From contig CAKQQQ010000004.1 in the NCBI GenBank assembly GCA_934271065.1, forward strand, positions 90,308 through 154,307: a stretch of 64,000 bases of DNA, read 5' to 3'. This stretch comes from an uncultured Clostridia bacterium (GTDB taxonomy: Bacteria; Bacillota; Clostridia; Christensenellales; Borkfalkiaceae). Below the pieces are notes generated by a model that made no database searches, had not been told where the DNA came from, and worked only from the letters and a program-made list of their open reading frames with translations. This document shows positions 1 through 8,192 of this stretch, piece after piece. Every line of letters starts with the position of its first letter. The stretch's first letter is position 1. The position numbers and the translations under genes were made by a program.

Positions 1-19
1 AAAACGTAAAAGAGCAACG

Positions 20-60
20 CGCGGCGGATTTTCGGACGGCGAAAATCCGCCGCGTTTATT
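20..60 (+). terminator. Rho-independent terminator for an upstream gene lying off the window
   Basis: Perfect 15-bp stem (20-34 pairs with 40-54), 5-nt loop, followed by TTTATT. Confidence 0.7.
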
Positions 61-339
61 ATGCCGTACAAAAATAATACGAACCTTGCAAAAACGTCGC
101 TATTTACGCGCTTTTTTGCAAATTCTCGTACGATGTACGTTCAGTACTACCGTTCTCGCCTTTGCAACAAATCATCGAAAATATCGGCGTTTTTGTTGCC
201 GGCAAGTCTGACGGCGTGTTTTTAGGCTAAGACAAGGCGCGTAAGCGGGTTAATACTGCCCGTATAACCCGTGAGCGCAACGCGGTATTAGTCAAAAACA
301 CACCGACAGACCACGGTTCGTATTATTCTTGTACGGCAT
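61..339. mobile_element. MITE-like non-coding element bounded by a 25-bp terminal inverted repeat
   Basis: 61-85 ATGCCGTACAAAAATAATACGAACC is the reverse complement of 315-339 with one mismatch. The interior has no ORF and carries a nested TTGCAAAAAA...TTTTTTGCAA hairpin at 86-121. Confidence 0.4.
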
Positions 340-362
340 ATCGTAATATACTACGCAATCGT

Positions 363-391
363 TTGCGTTTTTCGCGGCCGTTTGTTATAAT
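363..391 (+). promoter_or_regulatory. sigmaA-type promoter of prmA: TTGCGT, 17-nt spacer, TATAAT. The ATG lies 9 nt after the -10 box, so the transcript would be leaderless.
   Basis: Hexamers at 363-368 and 386-391, ATG at 401, no SD. Confidence 0.5.
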
Positions 392-400
392 GAATCCGCT

Positions 401-1348
401 ATGAAATTTATCGAAGTTACCGTGTCGACGACGAACGAAGCGCAGGAACTCGTCGCCGACGTAATGTGGAATTACACCAACTACGGCGTTGCGATAAGCG
501 ACGCGCTCGACGTGAAAGAACTCGTCGAAAACCGCCGCGAGACGTGGGATTATATCGACGAGAAAGTGCTTGAAGAGATGAACGCGTCCGTCACGCTCGT
601 AAAGGCGTACGTCGCGACGGATATAGCCGATAAAACCGTTCCGCTTATAGAAAAGGATCTGGCGGAACTCAGAACCCGCGCGGCGGGTTTCGTCTCCATG
701 GGCAGTCTCGAACTCGTCAAAAGAGAAGTGGACGGCGACGACTGGATAGAAATATGGCGCAAGCACTATAAGCCGATGAAATTCGGGAATATAGTCGTTT
801 GCCCCGCGTGGATAGACTACGCGCCGAAGACGGGCGAAATCAAGATTTTAATCGACAGCAATATGGCGTTCGGCACGGGCGAACACGAAACAACGTCGAC
901 GGTACTCGAACTTATGCAGGAATACGTACGCGGCGCGGAGACGGTTATAGACGTAGGCACGGGTAGCGGAATACTCGGCATCGCGGCGGCAAAACTCGGC
1001 GCGAAGCGCGTGTTTATGACGGATATAGACTACGTTGCCGTTAAAACGGCGGCGCATAACGCGGAGATGAACGGCGTTAAATCCGTCTGTGAAGTCTGTC
1101 TTAACGATCTGCTGAAAGGTAAAGACGTAAAAGGCGAAATCGTACTCGCCAACATTACCGCCGACGTGCTGCTCGCGCTGTCGCGCGACGTAGAACCGCG
1201 CGTGGCGGCAGGCGGGGTTATTATAATGAGCGGAATAATTAAGAGCAGAGCCGACGAAGTTATCGAAAGGTACTCTTCGCTCGGTTTCGCGCTCGAAAAA
1301 AGAAAGGACAAGGGCGAATGGGTTGCCGTCGCTATGAGAAAATTATGA
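401..1348 (+). CDS. prmA: Ribosomal protein L11 methyltransferase
   Basis: Full-length PrmA-like ORF. It has the SAM-binding motif VGTGSGILGIAAAKLGA and the PrmA N-terminal domain. Confidence 0.85.
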   Translation: MKFIEVTVSTTNEAQELVADVMWNYTNYGVAISDALDVKELVENRRETWDYIDEKVLEEMNASVTLVKAYVATDIADKTVPLIEKDLAELRTRAAGFVSMGSLELVKREVDGDDWIEIWRKHYKPMKFGNIVVCPAWIDYAPKTGEIKILIDSNMAFGTGEHETTSTVLELMQEYVRGAETVIDVGTGSGILGIAAAKLGAKRVFMTDIDYVAVKTAAHNAEMNGVKSVCEVCLNDLLKGKDVKGEIVLANITADVLLALSRDVEPRVAAGGVIIMSGIIKSRADEVIERYSSLGFALEKRKDKGEWVAVAMRKL

Positions 1349-2598
1349 AAGCGGTAGTATTTACGCTCGGCTGTAAGGTCAATTCGTGCGAAAGCGCGTC
1401 GCTTATAAACGGGCTTGAAAGTTTAGGGTACGAGACGAGCGACGAACTCTCTTACGCCGATCTGTACGTCATAAACACCTGCGCAGTCACCGCCGAAGCC
1501 GAAAAAAAATCGCGGCAGGCGATAGCGCGCGCAAGGAAGTATAACCCCGACTGCGAAGTGATAGTTACGGGTTGCGCTTCCGAAAAATCCCCCGACGCGT
1601 TCCTTAAAAAGAACAACGTAACGCTCGTTACCGGCGCGAAATCCAAAGACAAAATTCTGTCTATGCTCAAAGAGCGCGGCGCGCGGCTTACCGAAGAAGA
1701 CGAGTATTACGAAGAATATCTGCCCGCCAAAACCGAGCGCGAACGCGCGTTCGTAAAGGTGCAGGACGGGTGCGATAATTTTTGCAGTTACTGTATCATT
1801 CCGTACCTGCGCGGCAGGTCGCGTTCGCGTAAAAGAGAGAACGTGCTGAAAGAGATAGAGTATCTTGCTCCGAGCGAAGCGGTGCTTACGGGCATAAACC
1901 TTTCCGATTACGATAAAAACGGCGACGGACTCGAAGGTCTTATCGAAATGCTCAGGGCGGTCGATTGCAGAATACGGCTCGGCTCGCTCGAAGTGAACGT
2001 CATCACGACGAGTTTTATGCAGAACCTTAAAAACCTTAAAGACTTCGCGCCGCATTTTCATCTGTCGTTGCAGTCGGGCAGCAACGCCGTGTTAAAGAGT
2101 ATGAACAGGCATTACGACCGCGACGAGTATAAGCGCAAGTGCGAACTCATCAGGGCGTATTTTCCGACGGCGGCGATCACTACCGATATAGTCGTCGGGT
2201 ATTCCACCGAGACCGAAGAAGACTTTGCCGACAGCGTTTCTCTCGCCGAAGCAATCGGGTTTGCCGACGTGCATTGCTTCCCGTATTCCCGCCGCGAAGG
2301 CACGGTCGGCGCGAGACTGAAAGAACTTTCGCCGCAGGTCAAAAACGAGCGAATGCGGGTAATGACGGAAGTAAAAAACAAACTCAAAAAAGCCTTTATA
2401 GAGCGGAATATAGGTAGTATAGCCGAATTTATACCCGAAGAGAAAATCGACGGATATTCGGTCGGTTACAGCGGTAACTATATACGCTGTTACGTCAAAG
2501 GCGACGTCGGAAAGGGTAAACGCGCGGTAAAACTCGTCGAGCCTTACGCCGACGGCGCGCTCGCCGTCTTAATCGGAAACGGCGGCAACGAAAAATAA
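1345..2598 (+). CDS. mtaB: Radical-SAM methylthiotransferase (MiaB/RimO/MtaB family), most likely tRNA t6A37 methylthiotransferase MtaB
   Basis: Has the MTTase N-terminal domain (KAVVFTLGCKVN), a CxxxCxxC radical-SAM cluster (CDNFCSYCIIP) and a TRAM-like C-terminus. There is an ATGA overlap with prmA, and the gene sits next to prmA as in the B. subtilis yqeT-yqeV region. Confidence 0.7.
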   Translation: MKAVVFTLGCKVNSCESASLINGLESLGYETSDELSYADLYVINTCAVTAEAEKKSRQAIARARKYNPDCEVIVTGCASEKSPDAFLKKNNVTLVTGAKSKDKILSMLKERGARLTEEDEYYEEYLPAKTERERAFVKVQDGCDNFCSYCIIPYLRGRSRSRKRENVLKEIEYLAPSEAVLTGINLSDYDKNGDGLEGLIEMLRAVDCRIRLGSLEVNVITTSFMQNLKNLKDFAPHFHLSLQSGSNAVLKSMNRHYDRDEYKRKCELIRAYFPTAAITTDIVVGYSTETEEDFADSVSLAEAIGFADVHCFPYSRREGTVGARLKELSPQVKNERMRVMTEVKNKLKKAFIERNIGSIAEFIPEEKIDGYSVGYSGNYIRCYVKGDVGKGKRAVKLVEPYADGALAVLIGNGGNEK

Positions 2599-2618
2599 CG
2601 CCGCCGAAGAGAAATAAA

Positions 2619-2695
2619 GGGCGACTTTCGTCGCCCGTTCGAGATAAAACGCGTAACTCTCCCCGCCCGAAACTACAGGTTTCGGGCGGGGAGAG
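2619..2695. terminator. Pair of GC-rich hairpins between the convergent mtaB and asd genes (bidirectional terminators)
   Basis: GGGCGAC-tttc-GTCGCCC at 2619-2636 and CTCTCCCCGCCCGAAAC...GTTTCGGGCGGGGAGAG at 2657-2695. Confidence 0.6.
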
Positions 2696-2719
2696 CGTGT
2701 TTATCAGAAAGTAAAAGGT

Positions 2720-3700
2720 TTATTTATATTCCGCCGCTATTTTTTCCGCTATGACTACGGCGTTGTAAGCCGCGCCGCGCAAAAGGTTGTCGGCGTAGGT
2801 TATAAACGCTATTCCGTTTTCCGCCGCCGCGCTTTTTCTCAACCGCCCGACGAAAACCTTGCCCGTTCCGTTCGCCTGCGCGGCGTACGGAACGTCCGTC
2901 GTAACCACACTTTCCGTTGCGGATAATTCTTTTCGGACGGAGTTTAAGTCGAAAGGCGTTTTCAGTACGGCTTCCACCGACACGGCGTGGCAGTTTTCGA
3001 TGGGAACTCTCACGCAGGTTGCCGAAATCGCGGCGTCGGTTTTCAGGATTTTGCGCGTCTCCGCGCTCATCTTGCGTTCTTCTTCCGTGTACCCGTCGGG
3101 CAGAAATTCGCCTATCTGCGGTATGCAGGTTTCAGCCGTCGGCGCGGGGTAATATCTCGGCGAAAACCCGTTCCGCGTCAGTCGAAGGTCGGCTATTCCC
3201 TTTCGTCCGCTGCCGCTCACGGCTTGATAGGTAGTGTATATTATTCGCTCTATACCGTAGTTTCTTTCAAGTACGGACAGCGGAATAACCGCCTGAATCG
3301 TGGAGCAGTTGGGGTTTGCGATTATCCGACGCGCGTCAAGGTTTATATCCGAAAAGTTAATTTCGGGTACGACGAGCGGAATATCGTCGCCATATCTGAA
3401 CGCCGACGAGTTGTCTATAACCGTCGCGCCTGCTCTTTCCGCCTTTTCGGCAAGCGAAAGGGATACGTCTTTGCCTGCGGCGAAGAAGACGAAATCGAGC
3501 CCGTCGAAACACCCGTCCGTCGGCGTCGAAACGGGCAGATAACCGCCGTACGCGTACAGCCGTTTTCCTTGGCTTTTCGGCGAAGCGAACGCGCGCAATT
3601 CGCTTACGGGGAAGCCCCTTTTTTCCATAAGCGCGATAAAAGAGCCGCCTACCAGCCCCGTCGCGCCGACTACGCCTACGGCGTATTTTGATTTTTTCAT
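2720..3700 (-). CDS. asd: Aspartate-semialdehyde dehydrogenase
   Basis: N-terminal Rossmann motif VGVVGATGLVGG and Asd-like length and domain order. Confidence 0.85.
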   Translation of the reverse strand: MKKSKYAVGVVGATGLVGGSFIALMEKRGFPVSELRAFASPKSQGKRLYAYGGYLPVSTPTDGCFDGLDFVFFAAGKDVSLSLAEKAERAGATVIDNSSAFRYGDDIPLVVPEINFSDINLDARRIIANPNCSTIQAVIPLSVLERNYGIERIIYTTYQAVSGSGRKGIADLRLTRNGFSPRYYPAPTAETCIPQIGEFLPDGYTEEERKMSAETRKILKTDAAISATCVRVPIENCHAVSVEAVLKTPFDLNSVRKELSATESVVTTDVPYAAQANGTGKVFVGRLRKSAAAENGIAFITYADNLLRGAAYNAVVIAEKIAAEYK

Positions 3701-3811
3701 ACCGTATTTATATGCCGCGAAAACGTTTTTCGTGAAAAATTACTTAAAAAAGCGAGTATAAAAATATATTTGCTTGAAAAATTTCGCGGGTTGTGTTAGT
3801 ATAATGGCGAT

Positions 3812-5062
3812 ATGTCTAAATATTACGCCGTCAAGGGCGAACAAAATTCAATATTCGATTCGTGGGACGAGTGTAAGGAATTTCTCAAAGACAAAAAGGG
3901 CTATAAGCAAAAAAGTTTCGCGAGCAGGGCGGAAGCCGAAGCGTATCTTCGCGGAGAAGACTTTTACGAAGAGTGCGTGCGGCTAGGCCGCGAAGCGGGG
4001 TACGTCTCGGCGTATACCGACGGCAGTTTCGAGCAGTCCCGAAACGCCTACTCTTACGGCGTGCTTACCTTCGATTTAAGCGGCGAAGTACGCGAGTTCA
4101 GCGGTCGGGGCGACAGGGCGGACTTTCTTTCGTCGCGGAACGTGGCGGGGGAAGCCGAAGGCGCGCTTGCCGCGATAAGATGGGCGTTCGTGAACGGCTA
4201 CGGGAAACTCAGGCTGTATCACGACTATTCCGGGCTTGGCGCGTGGGCGCGCGGCGAATGGGGCGCGAAAAGTCCCGTCGCGGCGTATTATAAAAAGCAG
4301 TACGACCGTTACGTCGGCGCGGTAAAGGTGGAGTTCGTACAGGTAAAGGGGCATAGCAACGACGCGTATAACGAGCGCGTCGATAAACTTGCCAAAGCCG
4401 CCCTGTTCGACGGCAAGATTCTGCCCGTGGAAGGGCTCGGCGCGAAGTTGGCGGGTACGGGCGAAGCGAGGCCGCTCGTACAGAAAATACACGCGCTGTA
4501 CAAAAAAGCCGATTACGTCTACGTCCGCGACGGAGTTATTTTCAAACTGAAATGCGAGAAACTCGGCATATACGACCGTAACGGCATAACTTTGGTGTCG
4601 GGCGACGGAGACGAGATGTTTTTCGTGGCTATATCCGAACTCGTCAGAACGCGCGCGCCGATAGAGAGAATACGGCTTATCGAATCGACTTTCGACGTGA
4701 CCGTTACCGACGGTGCGAAGGGTACGGACCTTTCGCGCGCGCTGCTTAAAAGCCGTAAATATTACCCGTCGCTGTGCGTGGTGTTCGCGCTCGATTTCGT
4801 TGCCGATTCCATACTCGAACGGCTGCGGTATTTCGGGCAGAGAATAAGCAAAATATCGGCGGCGTTCGACAAGGACGAAAACGGCGAATACGTTATGACT
4901 ATACGCGTGCCGGGCAAAGACGAACTGATAAAGGCGTACGACTTTTTATATAAACACAGACTCGGTTTCGCGGGGCTGGATCTCGATTACGAGAAAGCCG
5001 AAAAACTCGTGGACGAGTGCGAAGAAGTAACGCGATTCAAGTGCAGAGGGTTTTATGGATAA
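3812..5062 (+). CDS. RNase HI with an N-terminal hybrid-binding domain (Cauli_VI/HBD), fused to a C-terminal extension of about 200 aa of unknown function
   Basis: The N-terminus YAVKGEQNSIFDSWDECKEFLKDKKGYKQKSFASRAEAEAYL is a classic HBD. It is followed by RNase H motifs (YTDGS, an acidic residue in AGEAEGA, HDYSG, KGHSNDAYNERVDKLAK). The residues after about 200 have no recognised similarity. A -10 TATAAT at 3800-3805 lies 6 nt before the ATG and there is no SD. Confidence 0.75.
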   Translation: MSKYYAVKGEQNSIFDSWDECKEFLKDKKGYKQKSFASRAEAEAYLRGEDFYEECVRLGREAGYVSAYTDGSFEQSRNAYSYGVLTFDLSGEVREFSGRGDRADFLSSRNVAGEAEGALAAIRWAFVNGYGKLRLYHDYSGLGAWARGEWGAKSPVAAYYKKQYDRYVGAVKVEFVQVKGHSNDAYNERVDKLAKAALFDGKILPVEGLGAKLAGTGEARPLVQKIHALYKKADYVYVRDGVIFKLKCEKLGIYDRNGITLVSGDGDEMFFVAISELVRTRAPIERIRLIESTFDVTVTDGAKGTDLSRALLKSRKYYPSLCVVFALDFVADSILERLRYFGQRISKISAAFDKDENGEYVMTIRVPGKDELIKAYDFLYKHRLGFAGLDLDYEKAEKLVDECEEVTRFKCRGFYG

Positions 5063-6029
5063 CGAAATTACCAAAATCGTCGGGCTCGTCAAAGACAAGA
5101 CGGGCAAAGACGTAACCGTGATTGCCGCCGAAAAAGGCAGGGAAAAACCCGACGGGTTTATACCCTTCCGCCGCGGCGGCGCGGAGTATTATTGCAAAAT
5201 ATCCGGCGACGGGAACGACGGGCTAAGCGGACTCGTTGTCGCCGTTTTGGAAAACGCGTCGCTCGGCAACGCACCCGTCGGCAAAGACGACGCGTTGAAG
5301 AGTATTCTGACGGGCGACGCCAACGAAATGACCGTACAGAAATACGTCCGTAAATACTGCGCGCGCAATCTGCCATGCGCCGTGTTCGTCGTTCAGTCGG
5401 CGTCGGGCGACGTGGCGGACGTTCTCGACGTGCTTGAAAATTTCAAGACCGGCGCGTACGACTGCGCCGTCGCGACCGACGAGACGACCTGCGCTTACGT
5501 TCGGTTTCAGGACGAAGTCAACACCGACGGCGAATACAAATCGCTTTCCGACTACGCAAATATGATAGCGCAATCGGTAAGGGAAGAACTCGGCGTGTCG
5601 GTAAAGATAGGCGTGGGCAGCGTCGTCGCGGGGATTTCCGACTGTTCGGTATCGTACAGGCAGGCTCTCACGGCGTTGCGTATGGGCGGAATTTTCGAGC
5701 GGAACGCGGTCGTGTCAACTTACAAGGAATACTTGCTCGTAAAAATGCTCGAAGATATGCCGAAGTATAAATTACAGGAGTTTCTCGACGTGCTTTTAGA
5801 GCCGGAAGCGAAAGGCGTGTTGTCCGATCCCGAAATGCTCGCCACGGCGGAAGAGTTTTTGCATACCAGCCTGAACGTGTCGGAAACGTCGCGGAATCTG
5901 TATATGCACCGTAACACGCTTATGTACAGGCTTGATAAAATCGAACGCGCGACGGGGCTTGACGTGCGCAAGTTTCAGGACGCTATGACTTTCAGGCTCG
6001 TTACCATACTTTATAAATTATTAGTCTGA
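5055..6029 (+). CDS. PucR/CdaR-family transcriptional regulator (C-terminal HTH), with an N-terminal domain of unknown function
   Basis: The C-terminus NVSETSRNLYMHRNTLMYRLDKIERATGLDVRKFQDAMTFRL matches the PucR C-terminal HTH. It overlaps the preceding gene by 8 nt. Confidence 0.7.
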   Translation: MDNEITKIVGLVKDKTGKDVTVIAAEKGREKPDGFIPFRRGGAEYYCKISGDGNDGLSGLVVAVLENASLGNAPVGKDDALKSILTGDANEMTVQKYVRKYCARNLPCAVFVVQSASGDVADVLDVLENFKTGAYDCAVATDETTCAYVRFQDEVNTDGEYKSLSDYANMIAQSVREELGVSVKIGVGSVVAGISDCSVSYRQALTALRMGGIFERNAVVSTYKEYLLVKMLEDMPKYKLQEFLDVLLEPEAKGVLSDPEMLATAEEFLHTSLNVSETSRNLYMHRNTLMYRLDKIERATGLDVRKFQDAMTFRLVTILYKLLV

Positions 6030-6051
6030 TTTTTTCGGTTAAGGAGACGTT

Positions 6052-7401
6052 ATGCGACAAAAGACCAAATCGGCGGTAACCGTAGCGGTAGCCGTCGTTA
6101 CGGCGATAGGAATGTTTTTCGCCGGATTTTTCACGGGCAGAATAAAAGATCCCGATTCCGCCGCGCTCGATTTCATTTATAAGACCTATAAAAAATACTA
6201 CCTTGAAACGAGCGACGACGCGGTAAAGATAATGGCGGAAAGCATACTCGACGAGTATTCCGAATATTACACGCGCGAAGAGTACGAAGAGATGAAGAAA
6301 ATATCTTCGGGCGTGCGCGGCGGCGTGGGTATGTCCTTTTACGACAACGCCGACGGCAACGTCGAAATATACTCCGTACTCGGCAACTCTCCCGCGGAAC
6401 GCAGCGGCGTAAAGCGCGGCGGGCTGGTAAAGTCGATAAAACGCGCTTCCGACGCGGATTTCGTCGCGATTAAAAACCGTACCGCGCTCGGCGACGCAAT
6501 CGCCGCGCTCGCTCTCGAAGAAGAATTCGCGCTCCGTATCGAATACGACGGCGCGATTGCCGAATACGTTCTCGCGCGCGAAGAGTACAGAGAATCTTAC
6601 GTCTACTACGCCGACGCGAGCGGTACTTACCGTTATAGCGGCAAGGGCGACGACCTTAAACTCGTGAAATACGATGATAGCGAATTATCGACTTATACGG
6701 CTACTTTCCCTGCGGATACGGCGTATTTGCGTTACACGGCGTTTTCGGGTACGGCGAAGGGCGTTGCAGGCTCTAAGGGGCAGATAGACGGCGCGCTTAA
6801 AAAGTTTGCGGAAGATAAAAAGACCAAACTCGTACTCGATCTGCGCGGCAACGGCGGCGGGTTTATGTCGGTGTGTTCGGACGTTGCTGCGTATTTCGTG
6901 AACGCGGCGACTAAATCCGAGCCGATTATAGCGACGGCGGAATATAAAAAGGATAAAAACGGCAAAGGCAAGGTCGATATTTTCGAAGCCTCGCCGATAC
7001 TCTATCATAATTACGGATTTGAAAGCGTGGTCGCGCTTGCGGACGAGAACACGGCTTCCGCTTCGGAAGTGCTGCTCGGCGCGATGCTCTCTTACGACAA
7101 GGACGCGAAAGTTAAAATAGTGCTTGCCGAAAGCAAGGAAAAGGGCTCGGACGGAACGTTGCGTTCCGTGTACAGAACGTACGGCAAGGGGATAATGCAG
7201 ACCACCTATCCGAGCGCGTTCGGCGGCGGGGCGTTAAAACTCACCACCGCCAAACTCTACTGGCCCGACGAACTCAAATCGTGCATACACGGCGTGGGCA
7301 TCAGGAAAACTTCCGTGCCTTACGGCGACAGGATAGAAACGCCCGAAGTTATAGACGGCAAAGACTACGTTCTGCTTCGCGCGCTCGAACTCTGCGCGTA
7401 A
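6052..7401 (+). CDS. S41-family C-terminal processing peptidase with a membrane anchor and PDZ domain
   Basis: N-terminal TM helix, a PDZ-like segment, and the S41 catalytic-region motif DLRGNGGG. Confidence 0.75.
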   Translation: MRQKTKSAVTVAVAVVTAIGMFFAGFFTGRIKDPDSAALDFIYKTYKKYYLETSDDAVKIMAESILDEYSEYYTREEYEEMKKISSGVRGGVGMSFYDNADGNVEIYSVLGNSPAERSGVKRGGLVKSIKRASDADFVAIKNRTALGDAIAALALEEEFALRIEYDGAIAEYVLAREEYRESYVYYADASGTYRYSGKGDDLKLVKYDDSELSTYTATFPADTAYLRYTAFSGTAKGVAGSKGQIDGALKKFAEDKKTKLVLDLRGNGGGFMSVCSDVAAYFVNAATKSEPIIATAEYKKDKNGKGKVDIFEASPILYHNYGFESVVALADENTASASEVLLGAMLSYDKDAKVKIVLAESKEKGSDGTLRSVYRTYGKGIMQTTYPSAFGGGALKLTTAKLYWPDELKSCIHGVGIRKTSVPYGDRIETPEVIDGKDYVLLRALELCA

Positions 7402-7460
7402 CTTTTTGCCCCGAACGGGTTGCGGAAAACGGCGAAGAAGATTTCGATAATTGCCTGCGG

Positions 7461-7835
7461 TTATGAAAAGAAGCCCGATAACGAGCGTTCGATTTCTTCG
7501 GGCGCGACGCTTTCTATGGGCGACAGTTTATTTTCGGTTTCTGCCGACGACGGAGATTCTCCGTCGTCGGTTTTTTCGTTTTTTTCCGCTTTGCGGTCGG
7601 CGGAAAAGGACGACAGCAGTTTTATTAGCGCGGACGGTGTGAAGTTTTCGCTAGATATTGCGGCGGAAAACTCGTCCGAGCAGAGAAAATCGACGGTTTT
7701 CTCGTTTACGCCGAGCAGGTTGAACACCGGTCTGAACGACGCGAAGTCTATTCTGCGTATAAATTCGGCGACGTTTGCCGTTCTTTCGCCGCCGAAAAGC
7801 ACCAAAATCAAAAATACCGATAAAAGGGCGTTCAT
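7461..7835 (-). CDS. Hypothetical small membrane-anchored protein
   Basis: Has an N-terminal hydrophobic helix and an AAAGGA RBS 8 nt upstream. It competes with a Ser-rich low-complexity ORF on the + strand (7420-7881). Confidence 0.35.
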   Translation of the reverse strand: MNALLSVFLILVLFGGERTANVAEFIRRIDFASFRPVFNLLGVNEKTVDFLCSDEFSAAISSENFTPSALIKLLSSFSADRKAEKNEKTDDGESPSSAETENKLSPIESVAPEEIERSLSGFFS

Positions 7836-7901
7836 AATTTTTTCCTTTGTAACATTTATACGCTCGCGGCGCGTAAAATAGTATATCGGAGAACGCCCGA
7901 A

Positions 7902-8180
7902 ATGAAAGATTTTTCAAGTTACGAGCCGAAAGAAAAAACCGTTGCCGACGGCAACGGGGATATGACCGAAATTTTCGCGAAGTTCGCAAGCGCGTACGAA
8001 GGTAAGAGCGGCGACGAAGTTATGTCGGCTATTCTCGCCGAAGCCGAAAAGGGCAGAAAGAGCGGCGCGCTCACGGACGAAAAAATCGACGAGTTCGCGT
8101 CCGCCGTCGCGCCGTTTTTAAGCGGCAAGCAGAGAAAAATGCTCGAAACCATCGTCAAAAGGTTAAAGGCGAAAGCGTAA
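7902..8180 (+). CDS. Hypothetical small protein
   Basis: ORF of 92 aa with balanced composition and no recognised domain. Confidence 0.4.
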   Translation: MKDFSSYEPKEKTVADGNGDMTEIFAKFASAYEGKSGDEVMSAILAEAEKGRKSGALTDEKIDEFASAVAPFLSGKQRKMLETIVKRLKAKA

Positions 8181-8192
8181 AATCCGCCGCGG

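Noticed and set aside
1318-1344. Upstream extension of the mtaB ORF (MGCRRYEKI...)
   Set aside because: It lies entirely inside the prmA coding sequence. The downstream ATG at 1345 gives the canonical MTTase N-terminus and an ATGA overlap with prmA.
7420-7881. 153-aa Ser/Asp-rich plus-strand ORF
   Set aside because: It is low-complexity and has no RBS. The overlapping minus-strand ORF with a TM helix and RBS is more protein-like, though it too is kept only at low confidence.
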